A stretch of DNA of 36,784 nucleotides from Lentisphaeria bacterium. GTDB taxonomy: Bacteria > Verrucomicrobiota > Lentisphaeria > JABSQK01 > JAWLHB01. Made by a program: the position numbers and the translations under genes. Positions 1 to 7,032 of this stretch are shown here, in pieces (position 1 is the first letter of the stretch; every line of letters begins with the position of its first letter). The stretch is taken from the NCBI GenBank assembly GCA_041690595.1, contig JAWLHB010000012.1, positions 1 through 36,784 on the forward strand, read 5' to 3'. The notes under the pieces were generated by a model. It saw only the letters and a program-made list of their open reading frames with translations. It did not search any database and was not told the DNA's origin.

Positions 1-10
1 TCATCCTCAT
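1..10 (-). CDS. 5' end of a gene leaving the window to the left (partial, product unknown)
   Basis: The minus strand reads AGGAG-ATC-ATG AGG ATG A, a Shine-Dalgarno followed by ATG at 10. Only three codons are visible. Confidence 0.35.
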
Positions 11-336
11 GATCTCCTGTAGGGGGTTCAAGTCACAGGAGATACTGTGCGCACGAGCAAGCGAATATTCACCATGGGGTATTTTTGACGCTTACCGCGC
101 ATGAGCCGATCGCCGCCGGGGAGCCGTATTGCCCGCAGCTTCCCCATCTCTGCCAAAGGAACTACATAAGGACAGATAAGCCGGGGGGCGTTATCTTGGC
201 TGCATGAGCTTTCAGCAGCCCCAGTCAAGATTTGCGGTGGGCGCACCTCCGGCGGAAGTATCCGAGGGGCGAGGATGGATCTGCGCGGCGGCGGGGGAGA
301 CAGACGGCGGGGAAGGGAACGGCTTCGGCGGGCGAA

Positions 337-362
337 GGAATCGAGGGAATCGAGGGAATCGA
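337..362. repeat. 9-bp tandem repeat GGAATCGAG, about 3 copies
   Basis: GGAATCGAG GGAATCGAG GGAATCGA is read directly at 337-362. Confidence 0.85.
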
Positions 363-381
363 ATTTTTGGGAGGACGAGCG

Positions 382-603
382 TTGGATCTGCTTGCGAAGA
401 TTGGGGAGGAGGCGGGCGGGAGGGTCATCCTGGCGCGGGCGCGGTCGTTGACCGCAACGAAGGGGTTCTCGGCTGAAGGACCGATGCCTCATGAGCTGAT
501 CTGGAGGCGAGATTGTATGAAGAACATGAAGATTGTGGCTGGGCCGCTCGGTGACCGGCTCCAGTTGGCGGCCAAGTCGTGGCTGCACGCCAACGGGTAT
601 TGA
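382..603 (+). CDS. small hypothetical protein (~73 aa, TTG start)
   Basis: 3' part of ORF 232..603. GGAGG at 370-374 lies 7 nt before TTG 382, and a perfect hairpin follows the stop. No family recognised. Confidence 0.35.
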   Translation: MDLLAKIGEEAGGRVILARARSLTATKGFSAEGPMPHELIWRRDCMKNMKIVAGPLGDRLQLAAKSWLHANGY

Positions 604-609
604 GTTCAA

Positions 610-628
610 CGCAATCAGGATGATTGCG
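610..628. terminator. perfect hairpin after the small ORF (terminator-like, no U-tract)
   Basis: CGCAATCA-gga-TGATTGCG, an 8-bp perfect stem starting 7 nt after the TGA at 603. Confidence 0.3.
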
Positions 629-708
629 GCCACCTCGGCAAGCTTGGATGCTTGACGTGGGGTGCAGAGAGAGAGCTTTCGGAACCAGGGATGGCTGCGG
701 GGAGCTTA

Positions 709-1796
709 CAATGGCAGGGCCGTTGGGGACAACGGCGGGAAGAGGACGGATGGGGTGGCGAGGGGATATGAGGGGAGCCAGGCGTTGGGGAGTGGCAACG
801 TCCAACGCCGGTGCCACTCAGGCGAGTGGCGTGCCCAGGATCAGGCCGCCGCTCAGAGAGCGGCTCAGTCGCGGTTCGGAGAGCGGCTCCAGTAGGGATA
901 GCAGAGGGTTGGCGGGGTGGTGTGCGGGGAGCCAGGCGTCGGGGAGTGGCAACGTCCAACGCCGGGGCCACTCAGGCGAGTGGCGTGCCCAGGATCGGGT
1001 CGCGGTTCTGAGAACCGCTCGCAGGTTGTTCAGGGGGCGGGGTGGTGTGAGGAGAGCCAGGCATTGGGGAGTGGCAACGTCCAACGCCGGTGCCACTCAG
1101 GCGAGTGGCGTGCCCAGGATCAGGTCGCCGCTCGGAGAGCGGCTCCAGTAGGGATAGCAGAGGGGTGACGAGGCGATATGAGGGGAGCCAGGCATTGGGG
1201 AGTGGCAACGTCCAACGCCGGTGCCACTCAGGCGAGTGGCGTGCCCAGGATCAGGTCGCCGCTCGGAGAGCGACTCAGTCGCGGTTCGGAGAACCGCTCC
1301 CACATTGCCGGGCCTGTGGAGGCTGAGGCCAGTGGAAGTGAAGTCGCGTGGAGGGGGAAGGCGATGCGTAAGTCGCGGTTCGGAGAACCTCTCCCACGTT
1401 GTCGAGCCTGTGGAGGCTGAGGCCAGTGGAAGTGAAGTCGCGTGGAGGGGGAAGGATGGCAATGGCAGGGCCGTTGGGGACAACGGCGGGAACGGGAAGG
1501 ATGGGGTGACGAGGCGATATGAGGGGAGCCAGGCATTGGGGAGTGGCAACGTCCAACGCCGGAGCCACTCAGGCGAGTGGCGTGCCCAGGATCAGGTCGC
1601 CGCTCGGAGAGCGGCTCACTAATAAGTCCCGTGGAATTGAGCGCACGCGGGGAGGGGGCGATGGTCATAGCAGGGCCGTTGGAAACGGCCCTAGTCGCCG
1701 TTCGGAGAACGCCTCCCACTTTGAGGTCAGCGCAGGGGCGAGACGAGGTAGCCCCGAGGGCAACCCTGGGCTATGGGACGCAGCCCCGTTGGGGCA
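709..1796. repeat. mosaic array of structured repeats (REP/BIME-like)
   Basis: Five 97-bp units at 770-866, 924-1020, 1049-1145, 1180-1276 and 1521-1617. An 85-bp duplication at 1277-1361/1371-1455. Reused linker modules: CAATGGCAGGGCCGTTGGGGACAACGGCGGGAA at 709-741 and 1460-1492; CAGTAGGGATAGCAGAGGG at 890-908 and 1146-1164; GGGGTGRCGAGGSGATAT before units 1, 4 and 5. Confidence 0.95.
1278..1303 (-). repeat. REP-like GTGG + hairpin element (copies at 1372-1397, 1694-1719, 2731-2756; variants end every 97-bp unit)
   Basis: The minus strand reads GTGGGAGCGGTTCTCCGAACCGCGAC: a GTGG tetranucleotide followed by a GC-rich hairpin, the architecture of GTAG/GTGG-family REPs. Confidence 0.7.
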
Positions 1797-1827
1797 AGTT
1801 CTTTTCGAAAAAAGTTTTATTTACCGC

Positions 1828-1856
1828 TTTACTTCCTGGTTATACCGGCATACATT
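1828..1856 (+). promoter_or_regulatory. putative sigma70-type promoter of the terminase small subunit gene
   Basis: TTTACT (1828-1833), a 17-bp spacer, then TACATT (1851-1856), in a locally AT-rich patch with an A/T tract upstream. Purine-rich RBS AAGGAGGAGAGG precedes ATG 1908. Confidence 0.55.
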
Positions 1857-1907
1857 GCGGATAGTGAAAGCTGTACTTTTGGAAGTTACTGAAGGAGGAG
1901 AGGTGCG

Positions 1908-2942
1908 ATGCGGGAGTTGACGCAGAAGCAGGTGGAATTTGCGGCGGCGTACATGGAGCATGGGTGCGCGGTGAAGGCGGCGCTGGAGGTAGGATACTCG
2001 GAGTCGTACGCGAAGGGACAGGCGTACAAGATGCTGAATGACCCGCGGGTGGTGGCGGTGGTGCAGGGGGTGAATGCCGACACCCGGGTGAGCCGGGATA
2101 TGTACGCGGGGGTGCTGCTGGAGATGCTGGTGACGACGCCGGCGGATCTGCAGAGGGACGATGGGACGGTCGACCTGTCGTCGCATGCGATCAAGAAGGT
2201 GAAGTTCATCACGAAGCCGGACGGTACGAAGGCGACGGAGGTGGAGTTGTACGACAAGCAGCGTGCGGGTCGAGACCTGAAGGAGGTGATGGGTTGGCGC
2301 AACAACCCGATAGCGCGTGAGATGATGACGTTTCCGGCGAATTGCGAAGTGACGGCGGAAGTGAAGAAGAACGGGGATGTGATCTATACGAAGATCGACC
2401 CGATGTTCCGGGAGGGGCTGTGCCGGCGCGCGGATGGGACGATCGGGAATTGGCGGAAAGAGTTGGGGATTTATGAGGAGGAGGGAGAGGAAGTCGGAAA
2501 CTCCAGGAAATTGGAAATCGGGCAGAACAGAAATGTGTCGACCGATGTGTCGACCGATGTGTCGACCGATGTGTCGACCGATGTGTCGACCGATGTGTCG
2601 ACCGATGTGTCGACCGATATGGGGCAACGCCAGCGGATGGCGCGCGAGCTGATGGCAGAGGTGACGAATGGGGAGGAGGGTGCGGTGCAGACCGATATGA
2701 GGACCGATACGCCTTCGGCATCAATCCAGGGTCGCCGCTCGGAGAGCGACTCACACCCTGTTGAGGTGGTAACTGGGCGGAAGGTATCGCGGCAGCGGCG
2801 GCGGGCATTGGCGCGGCAGGCGGCAAAGGCGGCGGAGCGGGGGATGCAGTCTGCGAACGAGGGGAAAGCCAAGGCCGCCCGGGGGAGCGCCTCACCCACT
2901 GCTGAAAGCTGCCAGGATCGCCGCTCGGAGAGCACCTTGTAG
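1908..2942 (+). CDS. phage terminase small subunit-like protein with repetitive C-terminal extension
   Basis: The N-terminus LTQKQVEFAAAYMEHGCAVKAALEVGYSESYAKGQAYKMLNDPRV matches the Terminase_2 (TerS) HTH pattern LTxKQxxFxxxY...AxxAAxxxGYS...A...xxLxxPxV. The later segment IKKVK...EVELYDKQRAxxxL is also TerS-like. Strong RBS. Confidence 0.85.
   Translation: MRELTQKQVEFAAAYMEHGCAVKAALEVGYSESYAKGQAYKMLNDPRVVAVVQGVNADTRVSRDMYAGVLLEMLVTTPADLQRDDGTVDLSSHAIKKVKFITKPDGTKATEVELYDKQRAGRDLKEVMGWRNNPIAREMMTFPANCEVTAEVKKNGDVIYTKIDPMFREGLCRRADGTIGNWRKELGIYEEEGEEVGNSRKLEIGQNRNVSTDVSTDVSTDVSTDVSTDVSTDVSTDMGQRQRMARELMAEVTNGEEGAVQTDMRTDTPSASIQGRRSESDSHPVEVVTGRKVSRQRRRALARQAAKAAERGMQSANEGKAKAARGSASPTAESCQDRRSESTL
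2533..2616. repeat. intragenic VNTR: 7 perfect copies of ATGTGTCGACCG, encoding (VSTD)x7
   Basis: Counted directly. Each unit contains the palindrome GTCGAC. Confidence 0.97.
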
Positions 2943-3023
2943 CTGTCTGGAGAAGAGAGGTGGACTTGGCGTGATCGGGTCTTACAGTAGGAGTATCACG
3001 GGTGCAGAATAACAGCATAGCAT

Positions 3024-6000
3024 GTGAGGGGCAAGATGCGAGCGATGTGGGCATTGAAGTTTATGGTCTTTATCGTTCTGGTGCTGGGTGTCGATGCGGT
3101 TGCGGAGCCGCGGCCGGCAGTCCTTTTTGTGGACGCGAAGCCGGAGCAGGTGCGGAGCTGGGAGGACTGGCTGGAGGCGGGATTCGAGGTCGATGCAAAA
3201 GCGCTGGCCGAGGTCGGGACGCTGGAATCGCTGAAGCCCTACAATGTGGTAATTGTCAACTTTCTGCCCTCCGTGGATGCCCAACTGGCGATACAGCCGG
3301 AACAAGCCAGGTTCGAGGTGGCGCTGGGGGCGTTTCTGCGTGAGGGCGGTGGGGCACTGGTCTTCTCTGGCGGAAGCGGCTTCGAAAACATCCTGCCCGC
3401 CTTGCAGCATCTGCTGAAGGCGTACGGCGCGACGGTGCCGGAAGAGCAAGTGACCGACGCGGAACATAGCTTCGGCAAGGTAGGTACCTTCAGGGGGTGC
3501 TACACGACCCAGATTGCCGCGGCACCGATGACGCAGGGCATCTCCCGCCTCGGCTTCGTGGCGGATGCCACCCGTGCCGACTGCATCGAGACGACCATGC
3601 CACTGGTCATTCTGGAGAAGGATGCCTGGCAGGTCGTCGTGCGCGGCGAAAGCTCCGCCTACAGCGCCGAAGGTATTTCGCCCGGCTCATCGTCGAAGCT
3701 GAAAGATACGCCGGCCACCTATGCGACGTCACCGGTCATGGCGGCATGGCGCACCGTGGGCGCGGGCAGACTGCTCGCCTACCCTCACAACCCTGCCTTC
3801 ACGACGGCGTCGCCCGAGGTCTTCGCGAAGGTCCTGTGGAACGCGGCCGATCAGTCGGAGCCGGGCGCGATGCAGAACCGCACTTTCATCATGCAGGCAG
3901 CGCGATGGGCGGCGGAGCCGAGCATGACGGCAGGGAATTTTGGCGGCTTTTTGACGGATCGGGAGCTGCGTCCGGATCAACGGGCAATCCTTGGCAAGAG
4001 GGAAACAGCGATCGACTGGTCGCAGGTGGGCAGCGGTGATGCCCTTGCGCCCGCCATGCACAAGCTTCCGGGGCTGATCGGGGCACAGAGCAACTTCAGC
4101 GGCGGTGAGCGGACGGTTGCACAGCTCTGCGAGGCCGCGCGGGCAGCGGGCCTCTCCTACCTGGGCTTCACCGAGAACCTGGAGCAAATGACCGCGGTAA
4201 GCTGGGCCGCGCTGATCGCGGAGTGCGAGGCAAACAGCAGCGAGGACTTCCTGGCGATTCCGGGGCTTCTGGCGCTTGATCTGGTGGGCAACTCCTGGTT
4301 TGCCCTGGGCTGGGCTCCCTTCCCTCAGCCGCAGTCCGTCAGCGAAGATCTGAGTCGGATCGAAAACACCTACATGTTCTGGTCGAAGCTCTTCCAGGGT
4401 CGCATGGCCGGCTTTGTCCGGACGGGGCTGAATCCCAACCCGTGGTATGAGATGAAGCACAGCTCGACCTTTGCGGTCTCCTCCTGGGAAGGCGGCGAGG
4501 AAGTCGACAACGCCCTCGATGCGTTCCTGCAGAGCTGCGCGGCCATGGAGAACTATATACCCTTGCGCTTTACGCTCTTGCGCAATGAATCGGAACTGGC
4601 AGCTGCGGCTGCCGGTCCGCTCAACATCTATACCGGTCCCAATGTGCAGGATCTGCGGCTCTACGCGGAAGGTCGCGAGCCGCACAAGCGCAACCTCTTC
4701 TGGGCGAGCCCCCACAACTGGTACCTCGGCAACGGGCCGACGCTGGCCTACCACGGCGGCCACAACCTCGGCAACCTGGCGACGGACGAAGAGCTGGACA
4801 ACCGCTATCGCTATGGCTTCAAGCTGGAGGGCATGCAGCCCGGCGATCGCGTCCTTCTCTACGACGGCACACGCATCTTTCGCGAATGGCGCGCCGAGGA
4901 AGGCACCTTCGTCGGCGAGCACGACTGGCCCCACGAGCAGGTGCGTCAGTTCGTCATCCGCGTGATGCGAGGCGAAGAGACCGTGCTGCTTTCGGCCCCC
5001 CTGCAGCTGCACTACGGGCGACGCTTCATGCAGTGCGGCGACCGGCAGAACACCCTTCCCTACAACTATCAGCCGGACCGCCACGGCAACACCTACGTGA
5101 GCGGCATTCCCATCGGCGCGCATTATCGCTCCTGGCCGCCACAGACGCTGGTCTACGGGAACTTCAAGATCTGGCTGACGGGGGCCATCGGGATCGAGTA
5201 TCAGCCGCCCATGTACATGAGCTTCATGACGAGCCCCGAGATCCCGTTCGAGCATGAGCGCCAGGAAGGATCGCGCAACTTGGCGTCGTACCAGTATCCA
5301 CGCCTCTCCTGCCCGGGAATGCTGATCGTGGATCAGGTGACGGATCGCGTCTATCCCGATGGCGGGCGCAACACCGGAGACTGTACGCCTCCGAAGCTGA
5401 CCGAGCCGCTGCAGCTCTTCAACCTGCACCAGCGCCGCTATGCTATCTATGGCGCACTGGACCAGGTCAACGCGCAATACGTGGAATCACGAGTCGTGGC
5501 TCTGCGGGATGTGAATCTCGCGGGAAGCAGCCCGCAGGTGCTCGTGTCGCGGATCAGCTTCCCGATCGATCCGGAGGCGGGGCAGATGGCGGAGCTTACC
5601 GTGGGCGATCGGCTGGAGCGCCTGCCGCTGGATGCGCTGCCCCGGGTCAATTACAACGATCTTCTCGCCGCTGGTGACTATGTGGGGGTCTATCCACATG
5701 GTCTTGCGGGTGGCGGCGCGCAGTACAAGGTCTCCGGAGATCTGGTGAGCCGCCTGCAGACCAGCAAGACGGACAACCTTACCTCGGCGTGGTACCTGCG
5801 GGTTCCCGCACAGTGGAGTAAGGACCAGGAGTTCAGCTACAGCCTCCTCTACAGCACCGGCGGCTCGAAACCCCATCGCCCAGCCTCGGACTATGTGAAG
5901 ACGGCTGCCTTTCTCGGGTTGCGCGACAAGGCCTTTCCAGCTATCGCTGCCGTCAAAGGTGGCGAGCTGCTGGCAGAACCGGTGATCGCGACGATCGTCA

Positions 6001-6416
6001 CCACGCCCGAAGCGACGGTAGAGCTGACCACCCGCCACGATCCGGAGGCGCCCGTGGGGCTGCCCATCCGCCTCAGGGGTCTGCAGCCGAACTGGCAGGT
6101 TGCCTACCAGCTCAATGGCTCGACGATCTGGCGCTATTGCGGCGAATATGAAGGCGACTTCTATCTCAATCTCTATACGCACCACGGCGCCCACCAGCTT
6201 ACGGCTGGTCACCCCGTGACCGCCAGCGATGACCGCCTGCGCATCGCCCTGGATGACGCAACTGGCGGACAGACCAGCTTCGAACTCTACAACCCGACCG
6301 CGGAAGCCATCACCGCCTCGCTGCGTCCCCACGCCCCCTTCCTGACAGGCGAGGAAAAGAGCGTCACCGTGGCACCCTACACTTCCGCGACCGTACAGTG
6401 GAGCAAGGATCAATGA
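3024..6416 (+). CDS. large secreted hypothetical protein with a GATase-like N-terminal domain and a degenerate PHP-like domain
   Basis: 1130-aa ORF with a signal-peptide-like start (MRAMWALKFMVFIVLVLGVDAVAE). The segments LKPYNVVIV...FLREGGGALVF...VGAGRLL resemble class I GATase-like folds. GLIGAQSNFSGG...AARAAGLSYLGFTE resembles a PHP N-terminal motif without its histidines. Confidence 0.75.
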   Translation: MRGKMRAMWALKFMVFIVLVLGVDAVAEPRPAVLFVDAKPEQVRSWEDWLEAGFEVDAKALAEVGTLESLKPYNVVIVNFLPSVDAQLAIQPEQARFEVALGAFLREGGGALVFSGGSGFENILPALQHLLKAYGATVPEEQVTDAEHSFGKVGTFRGCYTTQIAAAPMTQGISRLGFVADATRADCIETTMPLVILEKDAWQVVVRGESSAYSAEGISPGSSSKLKDTPATYATSPVMAAWRTVGAGRLLAYPHNPAFTTASPEVFAKVLWNAADQSEPGAMQNRTFIMQAARWAAEPSMTAGNFGGFLTDRELRPDQRAILGKRETAIDWSQVGSGDALAPAMHKLPGLIGAQSNFSGGERTVAQLCEAARAAGLSYLGFTENLEQMTAVSWAALIAECEANSSEDFLAIPGLLALDLVGNSWFALGWAPFPQPQSVSEDLSRIENTYMFWSKLFQGRMAGFVRTGLNPNPWYEMKHSSTFAVSSWEGGEEVDNALDAFLQSCAAMENYIPLRFTLLRNESELAAAAAGPLNIYTGPNVQDLRLYAEGREPHKRNLFWASPHNWYLGNGPTLAYHGGHNLGNLATDEELDNRYRYGFKLEGMQPGDRVLLYDGTRIFREWRAEEGTFVGEHDWPHEQVRQFVIRVMRGEETVLLSAPLQLHYGRRFMQCGDRQNTLPYNYQPDRHGNTYVSGIPIGAHYRSWPPQTLVYGNFKIWLTGAIGIEYQPPMYMSFMTSPEIPFEHERQEGSRNLASYQYPRLSCPGMLIVDQVTDRVYPDGGRNTGDCTPPKLTEPLQLFNLHQRRYAIYGALDQVNAQYVESRVVALRDVNLAGSSPQVLVSRISFPIDPEAGQMAELTVGDRLERLPLDALPRVNYNDLLAAGDYVGVYPHGLAGGGAQYKVSGDLVSRLQTSKTDNLTSAWYLRVPAQWSKDQEFSYSLLYSTGGSKPHRPASDYVKTAAFLGLRDKAFPAIAAVKGGELLAEPVIATIVTTPEATVELTTRHDPEAPVGLPIRLRGLQPNWQVAYQLNGSTIWRYCGEYEGDFYLNLYTHHGAHQLTAGHPVTASDDRLRIALDDATGGQTSFELYNPTAEAITASLRPHAPFLTGEEKSVTVAPYTSATVQWSKDQ

Positions 6417-6883
6417 CAGACCGCGACTACATGAAGAAGGCCATCGCGATCACCCGCGTCGGCCTGGAGGATGGGCAGACGCCCTTTGGCGCCTGCATCG
6501 TCAAGGATGGACGCATTGTGGCCGCGGCTCACAATCGGGTCTGGGCAAGGAACGACATTACCGCCCATGCGGAGGTGGAATGCATTCGTGACGCCTGTCT
6601 GGCCCTGCGGACGATAGATCTGAGTGGCTGCGCCATCTATTCGACCTGCGAGCCATGCCCGATGTGCTTCTGTGCCATTCACTGGGCCCGACTCGATCAT
6701 CTCTACTATGGGGCGACGATCGCCGACGCCCACAAGGCAGGGTTCCACGAGCTGCACATCGGCAATCAGATGATGAAGGAGATCGGCGGCAGCGATGTGA
6801 TCATTCATCCGCCGATCTACCAGGCCGAGTGTGCCGCGCTCTTTGACGAATGGCTGAAGCTCCCGGGACGCAAAGCGTACTAG
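6413..6883 (+). CDS. Zn-dependent nucleoside/nucleobase deaminase (cytidine deaminase superfamily, guanine deaminase-like)
   Basis: Motifs PFGACIV, TAHAEVECIR and YSTCEPCPMC. ATG 6413 overlaps the upstream stop (ATGA). Confidence 0.92.
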   Translation: MTDRDYMKKAIAITRVGLEDGQTPFGACIVKDGRIVAAAHNRVWARNDITAHAEVECIRDACLALRTIDLSGCAIYSTCEPCPMCFCAIHWARLDHLYYGATIADAHKAGFHELHIGNQMMKEIGGSDVIIHPPIYQAECAALFDEWLKLPGRKAY

Positions 6884-7032
6884 CGGTTCGATAGACCGAG
6901 CAACCCGTCAGGCATTCTTTACAGCCGGCAAGACTTCCAAATGACGCGCAGGCAGTGCTCGCAAATGGCATGGATTCTGCTTACCGGGGGTGATGTAACC
7001 TTCATCCTTCAAAAGCACGGAGATGCCATCTT

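Noticed and set aside
770..866. tRNA-like cloverleaf for the repeat unit
   Set aside because: It has several stems but no T-loop (TTCGA) or D-loop consensus and no proper acceptor stem.
770..1617. CRISPR array
   Set aside because: The repeats are 97 bp, the gaps vary from 28 to 244 bp and are built from reused modules rather than unique spacers, and no cas genes are in the window.
425..1920. Many overlapping ORFs across the repeat array
   Set aside because: They occur in all frames on both strands, repeat the same peptides, lack RBSs, and are explained by GC-rich repeat DNA.
1821..2627. Minus-strand ORF with (HIGR)n repeats
   Set aside because: It is the antisense shadow of terS and its 12-bp VNTR. 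The + frame has the recognisable domain, promoter and RBS.
1908..6416. Intact prophage packaging module (terS-terL)
   Set aside because: The gene after terS has a signal peptide and no Walker A/B or nuclease motifs, and no structural phage genes are in the window.
6413..6883. tRNA adenosine deaminase TadA
   Set aside because: PFGACIV and AIHWARLDHLYYG with no TadA-type DPKxGA motif fit the guanine-deaminase-like branch better. No symbol was assigned because the substrate is unproven.
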